64,000 nucleotides of DNA. It comes from Takakia lepidozioides (Eukaryota; Plantae; Bryophyta). The translations under genes were made by a program, and so were the position numbers. This document shows positions 35,601-48,100 of this stretch, piece after piece (position 1 is the stretch's first letter; every line of letters starts with the position of its first letter). The notes below the pieces were generated by a model that ran no database searches, was not told where the DNA came from, and saw only the letters and a program-made list of their open reading frames with translations. The stretch is taken from positions 60,574,001 to 60,638,000 of the forward strand of contig CM060733.1 in NCBI GenBank assembly GCA_030704615.1, in the 5' to 3' direction.

Positions 35601-36290
35601 TCCCTCCTGTGCTATTCTTAATGGTCTTTGTATGCTGGAATTACATATATATTGTCACAAGTCATTCCGGCCACTATGGGAGTGGGATCATGTACTAACA
35701 GGGTGCTTCAGACGACTACAAAGGGTGTTTCGTAGATCTTGGTTGTTGCTTGCAAGTGATTATGAAGTAGGCTGCATCACTACAGTGTGCTTGAAAGGAC
35801 ACACACTTTGCATGTGGCATGCATGTACAGCACGGTGTTGGTCAGGGGGACTGAGTTGCAGCTTCTATTTGGTTTCTGCCAGAAAGTACGCAGCGGAGAA
35901 GGTCTGCCTGAAAACGGAACGGAGTGCATTTGCAAAAGCATGGCGGAGGGGCGGTCGTAGGCGCAGATCCCCGGTGGAGTACCCCACAACAATGGAGGAG
36001 CTGCAGCCCTTTACAGTGTGGGTCAGATCTGCAATTGCAGTGTACGCATCAGAGAACGAGGACCCAGATGAGGGCATGGTGAGTCTGTCATTCCCCCTAG
36101 GGCTGATTGCCACTTCGTACCGGTCAATGAAAGCATATGGCAATCACTATAGAGTGGACGATGCCAACACTAGCCTCCTGGTGACTTATGACAGCGGAGT
36201 GGCATCATTTTTTGAACAAGAGAGTAGGAGCTGTGCACGAGATCAGAATCCAATTTCATGCCATGTGCAATATGTAGGAGTGCGCAAATC
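32692..36290 (+). pseudogene. CACTA TnpD transposase (two in-frame TGA stops, 3'-truncated)
   Basis: CPCERC..VRTHLLHH, PLYEGCK, HACPKGH, TDEVNPY..WSTWPV, WSIHDFPAYG, DPMHCDKN, GMKSHD, PPSFFDVMTHL, RWMYPMER, MKAYGNHYRV; introns ~34423-34684 and ~35585-35882; breaks off after QYVGV. Confidence 0.93.
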
Positions 36291-36321
36291 GCAGAATGTC
36301 TCATGACACCATCTGCCGCCG

Positions 36322-37245
36322 CTGGTTTGGCATGATATGATTGTAGTTCATAACCTTAATGAACGCTTTCAGCCTTGACCTCTTTGCGATCTTCTTCAGT
36401 GACTGCTTCTTCATAATTTATGAAAGGGAAAAGCAGCTACACATCAAATTCTTGCAAGTACAGGGGGGTACTCAGGCCTCCTTGGGAGAAAGAGTGCCAT
36501 AAACACAAACACATCCTTAAACGTAAAAATTGGAGAAGCGAACGTCTGGTGGCAATAACTGCCTAAACCAGAATTATACTCCATTCCAGCGCACATGTAA
36601 AGGGTCGGATGATAACTCGGAATCCCAGTTGGAGATAATGAGACGAATACATGACTATCTTGCGAGTTTCAACTTTCTTGGAGGTAGTTTCCAGTTTCTC
36701 TGGTGTCACAACTGCCTTCAAGCTGGGTTTAGAGGAATTAAGTCCCACTCGCAAATGCAGAATGTCTCCCTCATCTGCGTGGGGAAAATGGGGTTTGGCA
36801 TGATATGATTGTAGTTCACAACCAAAGGGCATATTCTTCAGCCTTGACGTCTTTGCGATCTTCTTCTGTGACGCCTTCTGCATAACTTGTTTTGCCCAGT
36901 GTATCCCTCGGAGGTGGGTTGCTCGTCGGAGCGTCCCAGTAAAGGACCCACAAGGAAGATGGCACGGCAGGCTGCGCCGAATAAAACTTGTCAAAGTGAT
37001 TGGGAGCTTGCCACCTTGACGGGTTTAGGGGCCCTTTTGTGAAATGAAAAAGCAGCTACACATCAAATTATTGCGATGCCACTCAATGGCACTATGAACA
37101 TTTCGAGCATGCTGTCAGAAAACTAGACGGGCAAAAACCCAATTCAGCAGCCTCACCTTGCGTGGATACTTGGGAATTGATGCCAGAAGGACATGCCCGT
37201 ATGCGCGCTTCATCGTGCCTCCATCCAGCACATTCTGTAAATGAT
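36322..37245 (-). pseudogene. RPL27: Captured, partly duplicated fragments of 60S ribosomal protein eL27
   Basis: LDGGTMKRAYGHVLLASIPKYPRK|GTGAGG (~37245-37156); QKKIAKTSRLK../VVNYNHIMP (~36890-36795); LKAVVTPEKLETTSKKVETRK (~36720-36655); second copy KKIAKRSRLKAFIKVMNYNHIMP (~36420-36325). Confidence 0.8.
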
Positions 37246-37839
37246 GAATGACCAAGACCCCGATGTCACACCGTTCTGAGAAGCCACTACGCGCGCTCAC
37301 AGTATACGAAGGCCTTGCCGTGTCAGGATTTCCATTCCCACGTCCCGCCATGTCCGATGCATCACTTGCATCATTGTCTCTGCCAGGTAGAGGCAACACG
37401 TATTAAAATATCTATTCCCCCAAGGCCACATTTTGTTTACCTCTTTTTGTGAAAGCCACGTCAGCAAATGTGCTGCCGAGTCATGGGTGCAATGAATGCG
37501 CAGTGGTTCATGGAGTCGTTGAGTCGACTACATATTCACTTTAATGAATAAATATCTTTATTCCATTAATCGAATTAGGAAAGAAAATTTGTAGTCGCAT
37601 GTGCAGTAATTACAACCACTTGTAATTTTGGCTTTTTCAAATTTTATGTATTTACGCAATTCGTAAAATAGCCCGGAATTCTGCTACGACTCCGGAGTCG
37701 TTGACCCCACTTCTGTCCGCCGTCTGAAATGCCCCCATTGTCTGTTTCGACTCTCCAGTAGTCCCGTTTACTACCAAGTGGTTCCCGGAGTGGTCACGGA
37801 CATGCAGTCGAATCGGAAAAGACACGAATGCTTCTAGTG

Positions 37840-38435
37840 CCTGCCTTACCGACCTTTGGAGCGGAAAGGGTTTGGTGAGATGCCCATTTACCATGACTCT
37901 ACTGGTTGCCCCTTGCAGCAGAATCTGAACCCACTGGCAGAAGCCATGAGGGATGCCTGATTTGTGGAGCACGGCCATAAGGAAAGACCAGTCGACTTTG
38001 TCAGATGCCTTCTCGAAGTCTAGGAGCCACAGGGCCAATGACTGCCCTGTTTTGCATGCGTAGATGTCAGCTTCCTGAGCTAACAGGACATTGTCGAGGA
38101 TGTATCTTCCTTTGACGTAGCCTGCCTGACACGATCTAATCAATGAAGGGAGAAGAGGTTGGATGCGGATGGCTAGGGCCTTAGCTATAATTTTGTATGC
38201 CACATTAAGAAGGGTGATTGGCCTATGGTTGTTGAGGTTAGCTCTATCTCCTTTTTTAAAGAGCAGGGTGATCACTACCTTAGTCATTGCTTCAGGCATG
38301 AAGCCTTGGGCCTTGATGGCGTTTGCCATGTCAGAAAAGTCCTTGATGATGGTCGACCACAAGGACTTGTGAAATTCCACTGGCATCCCATCAATGCCAG
38401 GAGCTTTGTTGTTGTTCATGGCTTTGAGGGCGATG
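37840..38435 (-). mobile_element. L1/Tx1-type LINE, RT N-half (5'-truncated); continues at 25092
   Basis: KAPGIDG, RPITLLNVAYKIIAK, QAGYVKGR.I.DN, LDFEKA.DKVDW, RSVRQ. Removing CACTA-3 and one CCT restores VRQGCPL. Confidence 0.93.
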
Positions 38436-38538
38436 GATAATTATTTTTAATGAATGATATTATAGTACCTTAAAAAAAAAGAAAAAAAAAAAAGGTATAT
38501 CTGTGGGGGGGTCATGGTCCGAAGTCGGAAGCCCAAGT

Positions 38539-38734
38539 TAGGCTTCACTTAGGAGAAGGCCTCGACGGCTTCCTCTTGACACCTATAGCTTTGGCTGGTA
38601 TTTCTGTCTCTCTTGGGACTCCTTGTAGCGTGTTTGCTTCATGGCTCTCTAGGGGTTTTATTTTTCCCCTATAAATAAAGTTTTGAGGGCCACTTTCCCT
38701 TGTTGGTAGGAAGGGAAAAAAAAAAAAAAAAAAA
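38539..38734 (+). mobile_element. Short polyadenylated retroposon (truncated LINE tail or SINE)
   Basis: AATAAA, a ~20-nt poly-A tail and flanking 10-bp direct repeat AAGCCCAAGT (38529-38538 and 38735-38744). Confidence 0.65.
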
Positions 38735-39168
38735 AAGCCCAAGTGGCATTGGCTTGATGATGAGCTTATGGCCTAGTGTCACACTGGTAGAGGCTGGATG
38801 ACACAAATAAGAAAATAGACCAAAAGGCAAGTACAATATAAGAGAACTCATGGGAACCAGAATGGGAACAGCATGTTCTACGTGGAATTGTGGGGAGCCA
38901 CGGAAGCACGTGGACTGATGGCTCACTTCTTGGGAAGGAGGGTTAGAGTGAAGCCCTAGGAAGCTTGGGCATGGCGGAGTAGCAGATCGTGCATTCTGTG
39001 CAGTTGGTTGACTCGGTAGATTTCTGGGTTGGTTTTTTATGGTGATTGGGGGGGAAGCTGTGGGGTGATAGGGTGGATCTCCACTGATGTTTGATTGGGA
39101 CTTGGGCTCTTAGAGCCTGGAATTCGCATCTGTACCTGGGGTTTTGGTCCCAGAAAGGATCGGGAGGA

Positions 39169-42100
39169 ATGGGGGTTGCGGCGGAGGGAAAGATTGTGAG
39201 AGTGGTGGAGCTTTATAAGTGGAGGGCGGTGCCATGGCGGCTGGATGTGTGGCCTTTTGTAGTGATATATGTGGGTTGGCTGCTGGGAGTTGTGACCCGA
39301 CTTGATTTCTCTGATGCGTGCATCGTGCTCGCGGCCCTTGTGATCCTGCACATTCTGACTTTGCTCTTCTCCGCATGGTCAGTTGATTTCCGGTGCTTCG
39401 TGCAGGCAAGCAAGGTTGGTTTGTCACTTTCAGTGATTCCCCAGTAGTCCATCCTTTTAACATTGTGTGTGACTGAAGCTTGTCTGCTGAATTCTGTTGG
39501 GAGCTGGAGTGTGGGATCTGGAATTGAATTGGAGGTGGAATTGTCAGGTGAACGATGTGCGCCAGGCAGATGTGTGCAAGGTAGTGCCTTCCAAGTTCTC
39601 AGGCTCGAAAGAGGTGGTACCTTTGCAACAAAGGAAACTGGTAAGCCATTTGCTACCAATTGAAAGTTGAGAGCAGAGATTTGAAAGAGGGATCTACAAC
39701 TCAACGTAGAGGACGTGGGCTGCATTTTTCTCGTTAGTTTCGAGCTGAGCTTTGTGTTACTCTATTGGCCTATGGGGGGTGTGCATTAAAAATCCGCCGC
39801 CCCAAACTCCATACGAGTGGGACAAGATCCAGTTTCTGCCGCACCTGGTTGCCAGCAAGATCATCAAAATGCAACTAGAAGAAGAATTCACCATGCAAAG
39901 AGGTGTAGCAGACCCTATGAACAATACATAATCAGAAGATCTCAGGCAGCGCAGTGTGCTCGAAGTTTACATTATCTTTCCCTCTATGGGACTGCAGATG
40001 TGCTACAGAGCATGCGTTGTACAGATCTGGCTCCAAATTTTAGGTTTCCATGGCAGCTCATTAGCTGGTCACATGTCTGGATTGGGTTCAAAGATAACAC
40101 ACTGCACAGCAAAGCAGCTCTACATGTGATGGGTCAGTCAGATCACTCGCAAACAGGCTGAAGTGCTTCCTTTCTGCCCAATGTCATGGTATAGTTACGA
40201 CGAAGAGGGGCTGGTCACAAGATTAGGTTTTCTGAGGTGGCAAACTAGCCAATCGTATGTCTGGATTGAGTGCAAAGATCTCATCTTTCAAGCTAACAGC
40301 TCTACATGTGCTGGGTCAGCCAGATCACCTAGAGTAGATGGGCCAAAGTGCTTCTCATTGCCATGATGGTCTACCCTCATGTGCTGGCCAACATTAAAAG
40401 TGTCAAAAGTGGGTCACACTTAGATGATATAGATCCTTTCTTGGAGTCTCCTAAAGTTTTCAGAATTGACCAGTTGTGTAGACTTGTCATGGGGCCTGTG
40501 CTAAGCACTGGCATTTGGCACTGCTGTCTGTGAGGTAGATATGGGAGACTCAGTTACCAAGCTGTAGCCCAAACCTTTCAGCTTGTATGGTAGTTGATAA
40601 AGAATGATTGAGCCACCAACATGGTGGTGCAGTTGGCAGGAGAGAAGAGGAATGGTGGCCAGGACAATGGCCAGGTTTTAACCACAAAGCTTCTGGCAGC
40701 TTCTTCTCCTTCAGCAGTCACAGTTGGTGAAGAGATTGGATTTGACTTTAGAAAGCAGCGTTTCATCTACTCTGATGAGCAAGGCAAGTTTTGCAAGCTG
40801 GACTATCCATCGAAGGAGAACTTTGGAACATATAGCAAAAGCACCGGTTATGGTACCGAGGTGAAGGCGCAGGCTGCTCTGGAAAAGTGGGGCAGAAATA
40901 TGTGCGTTTCTCTCTTTGTGTGTGTGTGCGTGTGTGCGAAGTTTATTTATTTCTTTCTCTGGTATGTGTGTTAGTTTTATACACTTCATGGAGTGAATGC
41001 TTTGCTTCGGCATGAGTCTGCGTTTTTATTTGATTTATCTAATTTTTTTTAATGTACAAATCTTAACAGACCCTGAAACCTTACATCTTGCAGGTCAGAG
41101 GCTGTAAATCAATTCAGAGTTGATTGTTAAACATATGTTCTACGTCAAGCATTCACTTATCAAATGTATCAGTGGACAGTTGACATTATGGCTTCTGTTG
41201 AGATTAAGGCGGTGATGTCGGCTGTTGTCAGTTGCTTGAGTTAAACCCACAGACCTTTTATCTGGCAGCAGGCGTAAAAGCTTGGCATGCAGGGTTCAAC
41301 TCTAATTCGTCTCAGACCTGCAAAGTGTCTGTCTTGTATTTTAATATTAGGTTTTTTTCAGCCTCTCATTGCTAATGCCTCAATGTAAAATGACACTGCA
41401 GGTCTTTGACTATTTTTGGAATGATTGTGCACTTTTTGATGTGTGTAGCTTTGAGTTCCCTCAACCCACTTTTCAAGCCTTGATGAAGGAGCACTGCATG
41501 GAGCCCTTCTTTGTTTTTCAGGTCAGTATGGACGTATTTCGTGCAATGTTTGGAACTCCTGCACTGTTGCCTGCTTGGTCCTTTTGGCTAAAATTTGACA
41601 GTTGATTGGGATGTTGAACCCACCTTGAGACCAAATTGTGGGGATGGCTTGTGTTAACTTTATTTGGGATTAGCTGTAAAGGGGTGTCACAATGATCTGC
41701 ACTAGTGATTTGAGGGCCATGCAGCAGCTCCAAGGTGCAATAAAATGTGCTTCTGACTAGCATGAAGGGTTTTGATGCCCAGTTCCTTGAATATCGATTA
41801 TGTTGCTGTGTTTGTGGTACATTTTTTTCATACGAAGACTGAGCAAGAGGCACTGAGTCAAAATTTGGGGGAATGTGGGGTGGCATGTGGCAGGTGTTTT
41901 GTGTGGGGCTTTGGTGTCTCGATGAGTACTGGTATTACAGTGTTTTTACTCTCTTCATGCTGGTGCTGTTTGAATCGACCGTGGTAAAAAGCAGGCTTCG
42001 GACGCTGACAGAACTACGGCGTGTTCGTGTTGACAGCCAGACTCTCATGGTACATCGGGGTGGGAAGTGAGTGTCTCACCTCTCGTGGTTTCTTGGGTTG

Positions 42101-45100
42101 TAGCATTGGAGGTAGGTTACCAAGTATGTGCATCCCCTTCAAAATGTGTGCTCCTGGAAAGATTTAGTCCCTCAAACAACGAAGGACTAAAGGAAGCTTT
42201 TGTGTGGAACAGGTGGCTGAAGCTGTCAGGGATGGACCTAGTTCCTGGAGATGTGGTCTCTATTGGCCGACCTACAGGGCCAGGCAGTGAAGAGCGGACA
42301 GTACCAGGAGATATGTTGCTGATTGCAGGGAGCGCAATCGCAAACGAAGCTCTTCTGACAGGAGAGTCAACGCCACAGTGGAAAGTAAATACCAGTCCTG
42401 CCATGTTGGGTACAGGACAGTGCGCATGTTCTCATGTAGCTATAACAGACACCTGCCTTGTTGGTCCTACATCCATTTTAGCTGTGACTGCATGCTGTGG
42501 GGAGAACAACCAATTGCTAATATTGTTTGAATAACTACAATTTGTGTCCAGAGCCCATTGTGTCTTTGGACAATCAGTCTTGAATTGTGATAGGTTGGAA
42601 AACCAAGTTAGTTTGGTTCATGTTCTTGAGTACCAGGTGTGTCATAGGGTAAGTCAGTCAGCTTTGCATCTTCGAGTTTTACATTTGATTTTGAGCATTG
42701 TGTGGTTGAAGATCACATTCAAAATTGATTGGGCGGAGTTTTGTTTCTGCCACATGCACAGGGGTCTATTGTTGGCCGGGATACTAATGAAAGGTTATCA
42801 ATTAGGCGGGACAAGAACCATGTGTTGTTTGGGGGTACCAAGATTTTGCAGCACACACCTGACAAGGTTATTCTCTCTGTCCATGTGTTGACCTACCTGT
42901 GCCCCCTTGGTCCTCCTGGGGACAGTCAATTTCTTTGTTGTTTGTTTCTCTCTCTCTCTCTGGGCTCTTGTAATTTTCTTGGTTTTTCTGACACATTGTA
43001 CAACGTAGAAGTTTGACAACAATGGTGTAATGCTAATGAGATAATGCTGCACATTCTCTGGATGCCATGGATGGTAACTTCCTCAAAACTGTGGGCCCAA
43101 AGTACGCAAAACATAAGAGTGTGAGAGGGGCAGGCCAGCTCCAGAAATATATTTCTTGATTGGTAGTATCTGAAGCAAAACTAGACAAAATTCTGTGGGT
43201 TGATATGTGCAGTCAGGTGCTCTCAAGACGCCTGATGGAGGTTGTGTAGCAGTTGTACTGCGAACAGGTTTTGAGACCAGCCAAGGGAAGCTGATGCGAA
43301 CAATTCTCTTTTCCACAGAGCGGGTATTGCCACTTGAATTTAAGACATGGAAGAGAGAGCAAATATTTTTTCCGTCAATGTGGATATATGCCTTATTGAT
43401 AATGACTAAAACTGGTCGCCAATGTAGTGGAAGAGTTGCATCCAGAGGGTCGTTTACAGCCTGATAATTTAGGTCCTTGTTGGTCCTCTAATTACATGCC
43501 CTGGCTTATGAAAGTTTAAGATGCTCAACATTTCCACCTTGCTTTGGCCCTGTTCTCAACATGCTCTTTCAGAGCTGAAAACAGCAGGGTTTGGGGCTTG
43601 TATTCAGTTAAGTTGCTATGTGTGCTTTCAGGTGACTGCAAACAACTGGGAGAGTGGGCTCTTCATTCTTTTTCTGGTGGTATTTGCGTTGATTGCTGCA
43701 GGTTACGTACTCAAGAAGGTGGGTAGTCATGTCAAGAAACCTTGTTTGTTATGATATTCATGCACCATTGGATATTCAGAGAGCCCCAAAAACTTTTTTT
43801 GCAAGTGACGCTATGGTGACACCACGCTTTGTCCATTCAAGCAGTAGCTGCTGAACTTTCCTGCACTTTGTCCATAAAGGATCCGTGCAGCAAGCACGTA
43901 AAAGTCTCACATCATACATCCGAGTTGATGATTGTAAGTTTGATTGATGAAGGGAGGTTTGTACCTGCACCTCACTGCTCCTAGGTGCTCAAATTTCTTT
44001 CTTTGATGTCACAGGAATCTGGTGATAGAATTTGTCACAGAACTTTGCTACTTTCTGGTTTGTTGAAAAATCCTACTATGTCATTTCTTATCATTTTTTT
44101 CACAAGACCTGTTACCACCACGGTACAGATCTGAAGACCTTAATTATAAGAATTATCAACATGCAGCTGTGTCTTCAAAAACATTGAACATGTCACTTGC
44201 TGTCGAATGGGGGGTTTTTGCTGTAGGGCCTAGATGACCCAACACGGAGCAAGTACAAGTTGTTTCTGAATTGCTCTCTGATCATCACTTCGGTCATTCC
44301 ACCGGAGTTGCCAATGGAGCTCTCAATTGCTGTCAACACCTCTCTCATTGCCCTTGCTCGGCGGGGCATCTACTGCACCGAGCCCTTCCGGATCCCATTT
44401 GCTGGCAAGGTGTCTATAAAGTTCCCCTCCACTCTGTGTGTGAGAGAGAATGTACTCATGAGACATTGTTTGTTGGAGCCTTGTGGTCATAGACCCCACG
44501 CCAAGTTTGGGTGGAACAAGAGGGAACAGACTAACTACCTTTGAGACAAGAGAGAACCATCAATATCACGGCCACTGGTGTGGTTTATGCATGTGCTTTG
44601 CACTTTTTGAGATTTTGCTCTTACCATGGCTTGTGCTTGAGGAGCCAGATAATGTCCATTGTTGGGTGATCACTCTTTTGCTGTCCTTTTAATTCACTGT
44701 TGTATATAAATCTAGTATGGATGCGTGGCTAAGTTGGCAGACAACAGAATGGTTAGGAAAATTCTACATGGATCAATGTGATTGCGTTGTTTCTTCGCCA
44801 TCTGTCAGGTGGATGTTTGCTGCTTTGACAAGACTGGCACTTTGACCAGTGATGACATGGTAATATTCTGTGCATGGCAGATGTTGTTGCCAGATTCCTA
44901 ATTTCTCCTCCTCTTTGTCTTGCTTCCCTCTCATTTCCAAGAAGGTTTTACAGCTAATACCCATCACTGACATTCTGTAAGTGCATTTGAACAATGGAAG
45001 CATTTTTACACTTGACTGCAGAAAATGATTTAGTTGTATATCTAGAAAAGCTGAAAGCAAGTTGGTTTGAGGCCTTGTTTGACTCGTGCTGTGTTTTGAT

Positions 45101-48100
45101 TTGCACTAGGAATTCCGAGGTGTGGTTGGCTTGAACGAAAACCATGATCTGGAAACTGATTCGAGCAAGTTACCAGAGGCCACTGTGCAAACTTTGGCTG
45201 CGTGCCATGCTCTTGTGTTTGTGGACAACAAGCTTGTAAGCCTCACTCTCTGGTTCCCCACATTCCCCCTCCCCTCTTTCTCTCTCTCTCTCTCTGTCCC
45301 TCTCTCTGTGAGTTAAGGCTATGACAAACAAAATCTTATGAGTACATTCTCTCTCTCAGTTACTGTAAGATGTGGAAAGCGGGGGGTTTTGGGATGAAGG
45401 TGGGTGATGCCACCATACGAGCTCTTATGTTTGCGGATGACTTCACAGGCCTAGGGGATACCCTATCCAATCTTCAGGAGTTGATTGATTGTGCAAGAGG
45501 TACTTTGACCTGTGGAGGCTAGAGTCTGAAGTTAGTAAATGTGCAGTAGTGGCTTTCAATGATCATAGGGAGGGGGGAGGTGATCTCAAATGGACCTGGG
45601 GTGTTGAATAGATCCCTGTGCTCCCTTCCTACGCATATCTTGGTTTTGAATTTTCCTACAGTTGCAACTGGGACGGGCATATACAAAAGTGGTTCAAACA
45701 GCTAAACGCAAGCTTTGGGTCTCACTAGTTTTTCCCACTGCACTGAAGCTAGAAGGACCATTCCTTGCCCTGTGGACATTATAGGCTCTCTTTTCTTTCT
45801 TTCTTTTGTCTTTGAGCTTTCTTTGGACATTGTCAAGTTTTTTTATTTTCTTCTTTCTCGCTCCAGTGCCAGGCCACAAGGCTGTGCCTAGCAAGTCTAA
45901 TGAGTACATGCTTCTTCATGCACTGCATAAATTAATGAACTATTGGCAGATGGCAGAGTTTTGTACTAAAGTATGCCGTTCGGCTTCTTCCCATGCAGAT
46001 AACCTCAACTGTACACCTTTTACAGAGCGACATTTGGTGCTAGAGATATTGCCCCAGTCATGGAGCTTTCAGTTTTACCATTCTCTCTCTTTACCAGTTT
46101 TAGCACAGTTGTCAAGCTCACTCACCTGGATTAGGATTTGAAATGGGTGTATGTAGGTGGGTGACCCTTTGGAGAAGGCAGCATTGAAGGGAATTGACTG
46201 GGCTTACACAGCTGATGAAAAGGCAGTGCCTCGCAAGTAAGTCCAGGCATGCTCATGCTCATCCTCCCCCTCATCTTCCCCCCCACACCTGCCTCTCTTT
46301 TGTGTGAGCTTGTGAAGTTCGTATCATTTGCAGATGGCAGATCAAAGGCAAAGATAGTTTTTAACAACTCTTGCTTTATAGTCAGTGCATTTCCAGGTAT
46401 AGCTGGGTTTGTTATTCTGCCACTCCTTGACTTTTCTAAGAAGTCATACCACAACAGCTTAGAATGAGTGATGTTATTGCTGACGTCTTTGTTGTTGCCG
46501 TAGTTGCTGACTGCTATGATCAAACACATTGGAAACAGGGGGGGTGGACAGCCGGTGCAGATAGTGCGGCGCCACCAATTTGCTTCTCACCTTAAGCGGA
46601 TGGCTGTGGTGGCTCGCACTGAGGACTCCTTTATTGCATTTGTGAAGGTGATTCTGTCTACTCATCATGAACAGAAGGAAAGAGAAACCTTGGAGTTTCC
46701 ACTCGGGGCCCTGAGAGAGGGAGAGGTTCAGCATTTCTTAGCTTGCCAATTTGGGAACCAAGGGTTTTTCCCAGTGAAGTTTGATCTGGGTGTTTTCCTT
46801 TCGTTGACAATTGATAGGGCGAGAAGAAGAAAAATTTCAGTATGCACACAGGGACATTGATTGATTTGTCCTTCTATCTTGTCATGTGGTAAACTGTTGC
46901 CTTTGCCTGCCTGTTGAGTGCTTCTTGTAGAAGTGATCACCTCTTCTAAGGCAGAACCGTTGTATCTCAATGTTTTGGCGCTGCCATGTATCTAGCTATC
47001 TAATACTCTTTTGAAATTCTGTGTTGGCAGGGTGCTCCAGAAACAATACAGGAGAGGTTGGTTGAGGTGGACCAGGGTTATGTCGAGGCTTACAAGCAGT
47101 ACACGCGGCAAGGTTCTCGTGTGCTAGCATTAGCATATAAGTCCCTCCCTGACATGGCGGTAAGGTTCACACCCATCATCCTCTCGCTACACCCATTTGG
47201 AAATCCAGGCCCGACATTTGGAGCCAGATTCAATGCTTGCTTGGTCTTTAAAATTTTGAAGAGAGTTGTCGTTTTTCGAGTTAAGGTTTATAATGAGGCG
47301 TGGTTGGCCAAGACATGATCATAAACACTTGAATTGTTTTCACATGTGCAGGTTGGTGAAGCCCGCAGTCTGGACCGTGAAGTGGTGGAAAGTGGGTTAA
47401 TCTTTGCGGGATTTGCGGTATGCATGCTACATTGTGATTGTCCTTGGTGTAGGTTTTCCCCTAGTACCATAGCTAAAATCTCAGAATCGTATGTACAGTT
47501 GGGCCAAATGCTTTTCAGTGTCTACTCTCCAGATTCGATCTGTGTCGAGGGTCTGTGGGGTCCAATGTCGTGATTAAGCTTGGCTACCTTGGCAATACTG
47601 CAGGTTTTTGCATGCCCTTTGCGGAGTGACTCTGGAGAAGTCCTCAAAGAGCTACGAGACTCTTCTCATGACTTGGTATGTTCTGTGCCATGCGTCTGGC
47701 AACTATCAGATTTTGGTCCCTAAATAGACAGTGAGTGGTGAATTAGTACAGGTGTGAAATGAGCCTAATTGACATCTGGCATCCATGCGATTGGCCAGGC
47801 TAGTCATTTATTCCATGCACATGTTTTGCAATACAGTTGTGAATGTCTAGAAGCGTTGTTCCCTTCACTAGGGACATTCCAAGACTGAATCGCAGTTTCT
47901 GCCTGGTTATTTTTGGGAGTGTGCAGCTACAAGTTTGTTCTGTACTAGTTTGTTTCTCAAAGATGGTGCTATTTTTGCAGGTGATGATTACAGGAGATCA
48001 GGCATTGACAGCATGCCATGTTGCAGCCCAAGTCCACATTGTCTCACGTCCAGTGTTGATTTTGACTGCTCAAGCCAGTGATGCGGTTGTGGGAGAGTTT

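Larger units (their letters stand above)
25093..37839. mobile_element. Complete CACTA/En-Spm transposon 3 (12,747 bp)
   Basis: Perfect 19-bp TIRs CACTAGAAGCATTCGTGTC (25093-25111 and 37821-37839); TSD CCT (25090-25092 and 37840-37842); CGACTC/GAGTCG subterminal motifs. Confidence 0.97.

Noticed and set aside
40020-40380. Diverged ~180-bp tandem duplication in an ATPase intron
   Set aside because: Ordinary intronic duplication with no coding or structural signal.
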